From assembly GCA_048013815.1 (NCBI GenBank), contig CM106586.1, positions 1,178,001-1,242,000 of the forward strand: 64,000 bases of DNA, given 5' to 3'. A program made the position numbers and the translations under genes. Shown piece after piece: positions 1-12,105 of this stretch. This stretch comes from Setoptus koraiensis. Its lineage: Eukaryota; Animalia; Arthropoda. The notes beneath the pieces are model-generated. The model was not told where the DNA came from and made no database searches. It was given only the letters and a program-made list of their open reading frames with translations. How positions within the stretch are numbered: the stretch's first letter is position 1; every line of letters starts with the position of its first letter.

Positions 1-618
1 TAATTAAGCGCCCAGTTCGGCCAAAGATCAATGCCATATATAATCAATGTGGCGTCTTGCGACAACCTGTTTGTTTGTTGTTACTTAACGTCGTCTGAAC
101 GTTGTGACTGCTACTGATAATTGTGTGTGATAGTCATTAGGTCAGTTGGTGAGCCAGGCAATGAGTTAGCCAACGAACAAAATGGATAGCTATCCACAAT
201 GAATAGGCGATTGTGGGCGCCAATTTGTGTATAGCTGTTATTTATTCTGTCTATTTAATCTGTGCCCATGTGTATATTTTATCTTTGGTTGGATCTATCT
301 CGGCCAGCAGCCTGTACGACGGCTACATATGAGAGTGTGTGTGTGTGTGGCTTGTGGAAGAGGAAATGATCAACATTTATCATTTGTGTTTATCTTATTT
401 ATTAATAAACGAGGCCGGCCCGCATGACCCCGTGCCCTGGTGCCCTGGTGTCTGTGTGCGCCTCCAGTGTTTCGATACCCCGGCACCCTTATGGCCCGCT
501 TAGCGCCTTATGGTGGCTAGTAAATGAGCCAGTGTCTTGAGCCAACTTACTTCGAATTTCGAGCAGATAAGAATCAGTTGGCGCAATAAGACACTGAGAC
601 ACCGAGAGGAAGAGGGCG

Positions 619-639
619 ACACACACACACACACACACA
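619..639. repeat. (AC)n microsatellite
   Basis: Perfect AC dinucleotide run seen directly. Confidence 0.9.
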
Positions 640-1197
640 GGGAGAGAGAGCAAAAAAAGAATTGGAGCGTGCACAAATAAATCAAGCTTACTATTCTTTT
701 TATGAGCGTCTATGTGGGCACTAGACACATGGCGACTTGCTATGTGCGATGTTTTTATCCCTGCAACTCATCCCGTTACAGCTGATACGCGTGTCTGTGT
801 GCAAGCGACTGGCCTAGGCAAGAAATGGGGACCGAGGGCCACTTGAGTGAGTGGCTTGTCGGGCTCAACACATATACTGACTGACTGGCAATGTGAATTG
901 AATGGAGCAAGTTCATTGTGGTGGTTGATGTTGTTGTTTGTTGATTTTGATGGTGTTTGCGCAACTCGCTCCAACTGGCGTCTAATTCTGTCCATGTCCA
1001 ATCGATGAAATGACACTGAATGCGCGTAACATTGATAACATAACATTCATAGCACGACACAAGCCTCACTGGTCAGTCAGCTAGCTCGCCAGAATAAAGA
1101 GGCGCTGTTGTTGCCAACAGCGACACATTAAGTAGTATGGTGTAATAATGAATAGCACAGGTAGACAGGCGAATTGTTTGGTGCTCAATTGTTGCAG

Positions 1198-1302
1198 TTG
1201 CTGTTGTTGTTGTCGTTGTTGCTGTTGCTGTTGTTGCCGACGTCGCCGCTGGTGCTGATGTTCATGTAAATAGGTACAACAACAACAACAACAACAGCAA
1301 CA
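1198..1302. repeat. Imperfect (TTG/CAA)n trinucleotide low-complexity tract
   Basis: Runs of gttgttgctg followed by caacaacaa. A similar tract lies at 1980-2052. These explain the spurious poly-Q, poly-C and poly-V ORFs in the track. Confidence 0.8.
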
Positions 1303-4300
1303 ACCTATCTGTCTCGCTATTATCAATGCTTTATACAAACACAGTGACACAGAATAGAAATATCACGTATTTGTTTATGAGAAGTGCACTTGCTGGTGGC
1401 AAAAAGAGCGGCCAACGCGAGCAAGCGAGTTCAGTTCAAAAGATAGACGATAGAGGGAGAGTGGCGAAAACAAACAACAAATGAATTATATCAATAATTG
1501 CTCTCACTCGAGCCAGTGTTATTGCTATTGTTATGTGAGGGCACATAACGGCGGCCACTCGACGCCACCTTCGGAGCGTCGGCCATCAATGAGATGTAAG
1601 GAGCGTGCAGATTGAAGTGAGAGAAGTGCATAGTTTTATCTGTTTATCTCTCTATCGCCTCAGACAGGATAGGTCATCAGTGGCGGACAACAATAACCGG
1701 CCGACAACAATGTTTTTACTTCCTTCCAGCGGTGTCGCCCCGCGCCTTGTCCAGATAAAGAGATAAAACAATGAACAAAGACTCATCTCTATGTAATCTC
1801 TCTCTCTATGTGTGTCAGCTCTCTATCACCTTTGCCTATAACTCTGCTGCGAGGTGTCGACAAGCACCTAACAGGCACCTAAACTACCCTAGGGCTTACA
1901 GTGCTTGCTCATGTAATAATAACAACAATTGAGTGAGAGAAAGGGCAATTATTGATATAATTCATTTGTTGTTTGTTTTTGGCTCTCGCTGTCGTTGCTG
2001 TTGCAATTGTTGTCGTTGTTGCTGTTGTTGTTGCCGTTGTTGCCGTTGTTGCAATTGGCCAATCGCTTTATCACTTGGGCTCTCAATTGGCGCTGCTTGG
2101 GCGCCCCGTTGACGAATACGTGATGTTTCTGTTGGTTTGTGTTTGTGTAAAGTTGTGATGGCGGCCAACAGAAACAAAGAGTGTGCAGAAGAGGAAGTGG
2201 GCGCACAGTTGGCATTTGCCTAGTTATCTGTTGTTTGTGTTTATGTGAAATGAAAGATCGCTGACCCAATGCCAACACGTTGAAAGCAGCAACACAACAC
2301 AGAAGAAACTAACTTGGCCAACCTCATCCTTTCAAAATCTATTGCGTCATATATTTATAAATGTGTGTGTTAACTGACTATCGCGCGAAAGAAAATAGAG
2401 AACGTGGCAGTGAATTATTTATTACATAATAGATGAATGCCAATGCCAATTCTGTTGATGGTAATGATGTTAATGATGTTAATGTTATTGCTGATGGCGC
2501 GCACCCACACACAATCAATGGTATATGAGAGGTTGTTGTCGTTGTTTTTGTCAACAATGCTACCGACGACGACGACGACGATCACTCGTTTTTGGCCATT
2601 GTTGATCTATCTCTCGCTCGCTGTCCCGTGGCATCTCATTGGCAAACGCGCCACGCAAATGCCATTCGCCCTTATGTTGGCCCATACATAATTTCAAGAT
2701 TGTTGTTGTTAGAGTTACGTCTTGGCATCGCAGCCTCGGCATGGCCGATCGGTAGATTGGTCGTGCACTAGCAAAACCGTACGCACGTATGTGCGATTGT
2801 TGGTCATTATTTTGCCCGAGACACATTGTCTAGTTGAACAAAAATCACAAAATCACGTGCATTTGTTACGTGGTTGTTTGTTCGTCTCCATCCATCTGCT
2901 ACCTTCTTGTTGCTCTCTTTTTTTCTCTCTCAACTAAGGCTACACCTAAATAGAATTAAACTTGGCTTTGTGTCCGACAACAACGACAACCACTAATGAG
3001 TCAACTGTGTGCTGACACCAACTGCTGTCCAAAAGTCGACACAAAAGTCACAATAAGACAGCAAAGCTACATTCGCCATTGTCTATCTGCCACGGGCTGC
3101 ATCTCACACGCTCCTGAAACTCGTAAACACGTGCACACCGCAGGGTGTCGACTAGATTAAATTTAAAATTAACTAATAACAGCAGATGGTGCAAACATCA
3201 GGGCTCACAATTTGTGACACACTCACTACAGTAACAACAACAATAACAACAACAGCAACTTCCCAACAAACAGGTTGTGTCAGCACACTAGTCAATCACT
3301 GCAAACGACATCATTTAAGCGGCACACTGGCTGCCAAGCTGGCACGCATACTCCCGGAAATAGTCTCAAGTTGCGGCAAGCTCAACGACAACAACAATTT
3401 CCTCGCTGCAGTTCAGTTGTTAAAAATTTCTCGCTGCTCTCAATAACAACGCAAACAATCAGCTCAAACTATCGAAATACACGTTTCATTCGTGACATTT
3501 GGCTCAACTTTTCTTTTGCTCTTCCTGTCTTTCGCAGACACTCTTTGCCAAAGCAACTTTCAACGGCCAGTTTGTAGCCAGTCTCGCCAGTTGGGGCGCA
3601 CACACGCTGCAAACAGTGCCAACACAACGGCCCTATAATCACTAATTACCGACGGGATACTTCATACGAGGCCACGGCACCAACGGCAATCCATGTAACT
3701 GCCACGCAAACCGTGCCGCTATTTCTGTGCCAATTCTTGCATTTCACGCATCGCCACTGACCGTCCCCACGTGGGCCCCATGAATACTCAACCAGCACAG
3801 AGAATGTGAGATAGTGTGCACTCTAGAGAGCGCCTCTAGTGAAAGGCCACAAGGGTTTGTCCGTCGGGTCCGTTCGCCCAACACACCCGACGTCCGCTCC
3901 AGGTTTCTGTACCCCTTCCGCACTCACTTCCGGTGCCTCTCCCTTCTATTTATTAGGCAACGCGAACCTGACGGCCGAAAGATTACTTGCTCGGGGCGAG
4001 GGGCAGAGATAAGGTGTCCCTGTGACCTATCATAAGCCGTGTAAAAGTGGTCCCACTTTCAACATGGCATCTCCAATATCTTTCTCATCTGATAAGAGGG
4101 CCAGCAAATTCCCGAGGGCACTCATCACAAAAAAAATGACGCACGTGGAGTAGCTGGCGCATGCCTCACAATACACGAGCAATTGGGATGGTGGTTGTGT
4201 CTGTGGCTCGCAGTGATGATGGCAGTTGTAGTTGCGGTATTAGAGGCAAATATCATTACAGTAGAAGAGGTTGACCTTCTCAACAGTGAGACGGCGCCCT

Positions 4301-7300
4301 CCCCCCCTCGGGTATTTCGGGTATTTATACATGACCCTGCGGGATCAAGATCCCAAATCCTTTACCCCGATATCCTGAGTGAGGTACCAATTGCAGAACA
4401 AGCTAAAGGATCTAGGTCGAGGCCCGCTTACTATTTAATGATGCTAATGATACAAAAACGTCCGACATGAATGCGAAAGTTACGCTCGCTGATTGTGTCA
4501 TCCTATGAGTCGTGAGTTATGACTACTGCACCACCAAATGTGTAGACCGTCAATGTAAGGCCGCGAAATAGCATGAGAGCGAGAAATATAACTTCCAATT
4601 AATTCGAAAGAGAGTTTCGCGAGACAGATATAAACAGAAGAGAGCCGGTTACAATAATTATAGAATGCCAGCAACAATGAAAGCGAAGTTAGTTAACCAA
4701 TTTAGGATGAAGAAATGCGCCAGAAGTCCTTTATGATCGGCACTTGGTCCTATCAACTCGATAGGACATCGATTTATTGGGTTGAAAAATGTACGTGTAG
4801 TCGAGTACAGAGATGAACTCACCTGAAAGGGTGAATTTCCGACTTACTTCGTTAGTAGACGATACCAGTTTAAATTAGTAGTTGATAGCAATTAAATTAG
4901 TGATAAGACGCGTTTCGGCGAGTCGTACACTTGATCACCTGTCGATGTTGCTAGCTTCGTTAAATTTGCTTCTAAGATTATGGACGGACAAGCGACAACC
5001 AAATACTGCTCAGCTCTCTGATAAATATCCGATCAAACATATGCCTCCTTGGGGACCGTCAGAAATCGACATTCAATCAATGGACAGACTCCCGAACCTC
5101 TCCAATCGACGACCACCTCATAAACCTGCTGTTTTTTGGGGGTTTTTCTCTTATGGTGGTGCAAACGTTCTCATTCGTCGTGTTTCTTTTCTTTTCGTGT
5201 TTCTCCGGGTGCCCCATGATTCTGCTGAATCAAGACGCATATCATTTAAAAATGGCACATTTCGTGTTGAGCGTTAGTAATGTATTACATGTAACGCGTT
5301 CCAGGCTACAACTTCTAGCTAGGCATTTTGTGTATGAAGGGGTCTTTAATTCTGACAAAAATACAGCAACAGACACAAAATGTGTGGCAGAAAAGGATCT
5401 GTGCATTCCGTGCGTTTACTGTAAAAGGTTTACATCAGGCAATAAACTTGCTGTCAGCTAGTCACTGGGAGTTGGATTTTTCCACCACAGCTGCCGTACT
5501 GCAGTTGCTCTTGCATGAGAATGAGGAAGTAAAGGATGAAAACTGATTGGGAGCCCTGGCCAGAATCAACTCAAATGAGCTGGTCTTTGGGCAAACCGTT
5601 GCTTTTCATCACGATCTCGGCACAAGCTTCGCCTTTGCGAGAGGCCCAAGGAAAACAATGTTCTGCGATAGATGTAAAAATTAGGCTCTTATTTGTATTC
5701 GATGCGCACACTTTGGGTTCGCTCGTGTGTGTCTTGGGTGCCATTTCCGCGTACATGTTTGACCGCCCGCCAGCATCAAGTAATTATTGTATCGGACAAA
5801 ATATATCTACACAACACACACAGCACAGTGCACAAATTGAAGTGGTTGGCAAGTTGCAGCTAGCACTCCATTGTGTTGCGTCAAATGTGCCCCGGGGCCA
5901 ATAAATTCAGCTCATCACGTGGCCATAGGTTATTTATCGGTCAGTTAAATTCTCTCGATTAGCTGCAAATGTGTGTCGATGATTTTTCCAGGTGCTCATC
6001 ACCTTATTTGTGCTGGCCTCATCAGTAAACCTCACCAGAAAAATACTTTGTGTTGGAAAACTGTCTATGCCGATTGTTCCAATGCTGTGTCCAGCCAAGT
6101 AATAACGGTTCGTGGCACAAACTCACCCACCTGCTTCAATACTATTCTTGGGGCCTCAACACCACACGATCTCTGAAAAGTGCATGGCTATTGGACAGAT
6201 TCGGCGATGCAATTTAGGCTTCGTAGAGCCTCTGCAATTGCGCCAACGGGCGGCTAACCAATGAGTCGATTGTTGTAAGAGCAACAACGGCAATTGGCCA
6301 TGTGGGACCAATGACAAGAATAGCAACAACAAAAACAATGATCCTAAATATAGCAGCATGTTGTGAATGGGCCAAACATATTACAATATTCATGCAAAGA
6401 GTCTTCCATTACCTTCAGTGTGTAACATGCATATTGAAGTTAATTAATATTCATTTCCCTCTCACTGTTTATGCATATATGTACTTGTGTTTGTAACCAC
6501 TCATTAATCTAAGTAAGCGAGCTGACTTTTGCCTTTCTCCCTGCCTCCTTATCCAATCCATTGCCATGCTTAGTTCTTTGTTTATTGCAAAGGCTACAAT
6601 TTCATGCGTCATGTATGATGGATATATTCATATTATTGTAGCGTACAAGTCCCAACGGGTATATAAATAGCAAAAGCACTTTGTGCTGGCGTTTTTCATG
6701 CAAATTCATGACAATCCCATCGGCACCACTTACACACATGGCTGTTGCGATATCTATATTCATACTGGCTCACAAGTGAAATCTTGTGGCACACAAGCGT
6801 AATTTTTGCTTGCCCCCAGTAACTTTCCAATTATATATGGCAATGGGAATGTTGTTGGCTCCCGAAAACTAGCTGCAACAAACACATCAAGATTGGTATC
6901 ACAATACTGTCGTCGCTATCATTTGACCTTCGGCCATCAATAATCCAGTTATCAGTTGATCTGAGATGACGATCTTGATCTAATCTAAATTGTTCAAGTC
7001 TGTGTAAATTATCCGGAACCTAGGATTCAGTCAATCTCAGCAAGAGACCCGCTTGATCTGTTGGTTTCCACTTTTGATGTATCTTTCAGGCGAGATCCGA
7101 CTCTATTCATTTGTGTGCGAAGGTGTCAGAATATCGGGAGAAAGAACTTAGTTTCATTCGTCTCTATCAGACTGTTAGGCTAGGAGCCTTCTTTCTAGAA
7201 GAAAGTTTCAACTTTTAGTCTAGGAAATCGAATAAAATAAAAATAGGAAAGACAGAAATAGAAGAAACCGGAAAACTGAAATACTGAAATTGAAAAAGAA

Positions 7301-9554
7301 GGAAAGGGGTCCATTCTTTAGAAAAAGTATGCTGGCAGGTTTATTCGAAAACGAAACAAGTCTGGAGAGCACAAAAATATCTGAGCTCGACGATTGTGTC
7401 ACCCGTTCGGATCATAAACTGGGGCCTTAGTCGGCTGACTCCTAAGACTGTTTTGGAATTTTTTCGCCAGTACAGTTCGTATGGCCTTGAGAGACGTGCC
7501 GAAATAAAGTTTTTCTACCAGCCGTTTCGATAAACACTGTTACAGTTAGCAAGATCGCTCGAGTAGATATGCTTACATTACATTGGTGCGCTGGTCTAAG
7601 ATAAAGACGAGATTATCAACTTTGTATCAATTTAGTTTTGGTTCGGTGGAGCAAGGCAAGATGGCCAACAAGAGATAGATAATAAATGATAGAATATAGA
7701 TCGTGGAGTTTTGTTTGTTTGTTTGCGCAATCTTTTGGACTATCAACATTCGAGTGAGACATCGAGAGATAAGGGCCAGATACCGTGTATGTTAGATATC
7801 GTGTTGGCAAGATTCAACGACTGGGACCCAGTGCACTCAGTCCAAAGTTTAGCGAATATCAGAATTTAGTAGCGTGAATGTCTTGATGGAACTCCATCAC
7901 GCCACCTATGAATATCTTACCGGCTTGGAGTGGTTAGTTTAAGGTAGGACGCGGGGCTATAATGGGAAAATTGAGAGAAACTGAAACTCTCTGTTTTCAT
8001 TTATTTAGCATTAAGCAGCAATAAGGTGCCTATAACATTTAGCATGCGATCGCACCAATATCTAGATAGATTGCCCATGTAAATAAATCATTAGATCCAT
8101 GTATGAGCGCTTCTCAGTATCTCATCACTATGACATCATTATCATTTAATGGTTCACAGCAAGTGAGGTCCATTTATCTATTTATTCGCTGCACCCGATC
8201 GAATCAGACCAAGCAAGGCTGGCACTGTTCGTCTGGCAAACTACCGATCCCGTCGAATGTTCAGAATTTTCGCAAAGTAATCCGCAACAATCTAGATTAA
8301 TGTTAACTAGCCACAAATATCATCCTCATATTGAGGTTGTTTTCTGCAGATCTTTGTTGTTTGTTTAGAGCAAATATAAGCTAAGCCTCCAGCGCAAGAT
8401 CATGTTATACGATGCTCTAGAGATCTAGAGCGTTTTTTTTTTCGAAAAAAGATGTATGCACCACGATCATTGTCCATAGTGATTGGATAATTATCCGTTC
8501 GGCTCAAATTTTTCTCTGTCTATAGTGATTTGTCCCGGTGTCTACTAACTGTTCTATGACAATTCTTGCGGTTCTATTTGCTGTCTAACAGTTCAAACGA
8601 CTGTGTTGTCTTATTCAGTGAAGATGCCGATTCAGTTAACCAGACCGAGTATTTTTTTTTTCAACCGAAATCAAAAGACCCGCTGGCTATCGGCTACAAT
8701 TTACGGTTTCGGTTATCAAATAGATGTCATTGATTCTAAGAGACCGCATTGAATATGGCATCACAGTTAGAAACGGGTGAAGCTCAATCAAGCTACTTAT
8801 ATTCCGAAGCTCATCTATTTGTGGGGCAGACTCTACAATAGAAACTGTTTCAGCTAGCTTTTCGTTAGCTACGACAGAACATCTGATAACTCTTGGCTAT
8901 CTTAGAAACTATTGGAATCTCAGCAACCTAAGAAACATAACCGTTAAAATACTGGCGACTTTCAAGCACAACCAAACCTAATTCAACACTGCTAATGGTT
9001 AATCGAACGGTGAGCCTTTTCGCTTCGGTTCTGCCATCTCTATTATGTAGAGAGAAACCTAATTCGAGACAATATCCAAGATAGTATTCTCAGGCGTGAC
9101 TAAAAAAGAGCAGATTGATAATTGTTTTCAACAGTAACAGTAACAAATGGCAATGCCGAAACTCGTGGCATCAGTTATTCTGACCAGTCAGTGAACCGAC
9201 TTCCGTGTCTGTTGTCAGCTGAAGCACCGACAATCTGGAAAAGGGATGAAAGAAACTGTTTGGGGCCGGTTTTGCACCGGTCGCAATAACAGCCAGCAAC
9301 TGTTTTGAGAGTATCAAATATAGCACGACATTCTATTAGAGACAAGCATGCACCATTTGCCAGTCGGCTGGCCAGCAATTACAAGAGGCATGGCAGGGGA
9401 GAGAGTTGAAAATCGACTAGCGTTGCTAGATTAGCGGGAACCCTCCAATATAAAGCTGACTTATTGAGCCCGAACAAAAGTCATTTGCTCCTCTGTAGTT
9501 TTTATGCAATTTAAGTGCTGTACCTAAGTGGGGCGATTGCTTTTCTCTCCGTGT

Positions 9555-9557
<3 letters not shown>

Positions 9558-9606
<49 letters not shown>
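9558..9606. repeat. (GA)n microsatellite
   Basis: Perfect GA run of 49 bp. Confidence 0.95.
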
Positions 9607-9608
<2 letters not shown>

Positions 9609-12105
9609 TTGCGTTGTCTGTTGCAGCTAGGAGAAAAGTCATCAGTTTCTAGCGATGCCCCATGAGCTTGGCGGCGCTTGATAGCGCGCCAACTGTGACA
9701 TAGAGACAGCGCATAGATCTAGATGGACAGTGGGCCGTTGTGGATGTTGTGGTATGTAGTTGGTGCGCTTATTTGTTGTTGTTGACTAGCCAGAACCAGA
9801 GCCAAAGTGAAAGCGAAAGTCATGATTTGCAAGGCAGAATAGCATAGTCGAAGAAGCAAAAAAGTAATTTTGTCCAGCTAAGTCGAGCTATAGTGCTACA
9901 ACATAGTAGTGCCATAACAGCAACATCAACAACAACCAACAACATTCACAAATAATAATAATAATAATAATAAGCACGGAGTGGCTACGCAGAGGTCTGG
10001 CTAAAATCTAATTTTGTCAACGCGTTTACGGCTGACCTTGCCAGAAAATGCGACATCACACAAACTAAAATCAAAGCTCATTTCGCCACTACCACCACCA
10101 ATATCACAGTGCCTGTTATTGCTGCCACTGGCCACTTGATATGCTAACTTATTACGTGAGGCCTATCTATCTTTGACACAATTCGCGCTCGATGTTTGCC
10201 AGCTTCGCTTGCTTAACAGTTAGAGAGCGAGAGTTGTGGGCGTATATTGTCACCTCAGTTAGAATTTGCGGGCCGATAGGATAGACATTTCCTGTTGGTT
10301 GATCAATCTGATACGGTGCAAAGTGCATGACAATTTCGTTGTCATTTTGTATCAATTTATTTCATTTCGTCTGGGAGCCCGATACAGCGAAAACGAACGC
10401 GACAAGCAAAGAAGTTGGTGCGAGCCGTATCGCATGGCAGTGCGATGCTTCCTTCTTCTTTATAAGTTGTGCCACTGGCACTGAAATGAAAATCCCATGA
10501 ATCATCCAAATTAAACTGTCACAAGATCCAACAAGACCCAGGTAATGCCACTCGGCCTCTTGGATCTGGGCCACAGATTCTGGGCTCTTCTCGCCACCAA
10601 GCCCACATTTCCTACTGGCTATGGCGCCACCAAGTAACGAGGCCGAAATATGGCGAGAATGAGGCCGAGAATAGTTTCACGCCCCGAAACCTTTCTCAGG
10701 CAAGCCGAAGAAGAGGTTGCCAAACGATTGCGTGGCTTAAATTGTTTTTATCCGCGCTATTTCGTGCATGACTTTCTACTTTTCTAGATCGAGCTCCTAG
10801 GGAAAGGCGCCAAAGCTCGGCTAGTTGCTCGACGATACTTGCTAATATTTTGTCATCCATCTTTTATTGTTTATTTGGTCTCTAAACGAACGAGGTGGCC
10901 CCGGTTTGTGTGCACACCCTGCACTTTTTCTTCTCAGTTCGAGCCCTCCACTCAGCCGATAGAGGCCTTATCGATTCATTGGTCAGTTGTGTCATGTGTT
11001 AGCCATGGTGACCATAATGTGACGAGTTAATATATCATTTCTGTTGTTGTTCTCAATTGGCCTCTGAACGATGAAAACAACTCGCCAATCACCGTCCTCT
11101 CTATCGTGCGTTATCTCCTCGCCGCATCCATCTATCTCATCTTCTATAAATCAAATCCCATCCGATCAAATCTGATCTGTTTTCGCCCGGCTCATGGCAA
11201 GGCATCGTTCGAATTTCATTGCAGCCGATTGCAACGTGTCGTTACGGATCGGATGGAGCCAGTGCTTAGACAACTAGACAACTTTACTAGGCTTGCCGGC
11301 CAAGTAAACATTGTCCGACGTCTCTGTGTTTGATTCGATCAGCGCTGGTTGTTGTCTGCAGGCCAGCAAGTCGCCTAGTTTAGATACATATCTACCCATC
11401 ACGACAGAGGGAGAGAGAGCCAGCTAGCCAGCATCAGTGAACTTCACAAAATTGCCACTTCACAGCCAATGGCGATCCATCAAATAGATGGCTCTTTGGG
11501 CTGGCCTCGATAATCTCGACTCAATACTCACATACATTTCGATGCTAGACCCGCATTGATTTATACAGGGTCAGGGTCCCATTTCTGATGATTTAGAGAC
11601 GGCCACTATTTGTTGTATTGTGATCATTACTATGATAAGTTCGCTCTTCTAATCTCGCCACTCCGATGTTGGTGCTGTCGTCGTTGACCAGTGGCGGTAA
11701 TAAATGAGCAGATTGAAGGAGAAGAGGAAACAATTCCATAGACAATCGTTATTATTTTCTTCATGCTGACATCACCTAACGCCACAGTGCTGGTATATGG
11801 ATAAATGCGGCTTGCTAGATATAGGCCAATGTCAATCAATTCTTGTAACTCGCTCAGTAACTGGTATCACAGCTATTCTGGCCTTTTATTGCCGGAGACA
11901 TCATTCTTCATATGAGCAGGCTTAAGTGTTTAGATTATGCTTTCTATCAATATATCTGTATTAATGCAGCTATTGCGTTGGATCAATTGTGCGTGGGTGT
12001 GCTGAACTTGAACAATGCTCGTAATATCTAATTTGAATATCTCCGTTTGTGTACTATTATGGCTAATCAACAATCTATAATCATCTTTACCCATCACACC
12101 AACAG

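Noticed and set aside
227-3577. Many short ORFs with poly-Q, poly-C, poly-V, poly-T or poly-N
   Set aside because: They are translations of CAA/TTG and GT/AC microsatellites, with no domain motifs or splice support. The same applies to 22323-22517 and 63271-63462.
11666-11696. Candidate first ADMP exon ATG..MLVLSSLTSG-g|gtaata, phase-compatible with acceptor 12105
   Set aside because: Too short for a convincing signal peptide and lacks the ADMP N-terminal prodomain motif (PPQYMxDLY). Cannot be distinguished from chance without cDNA.
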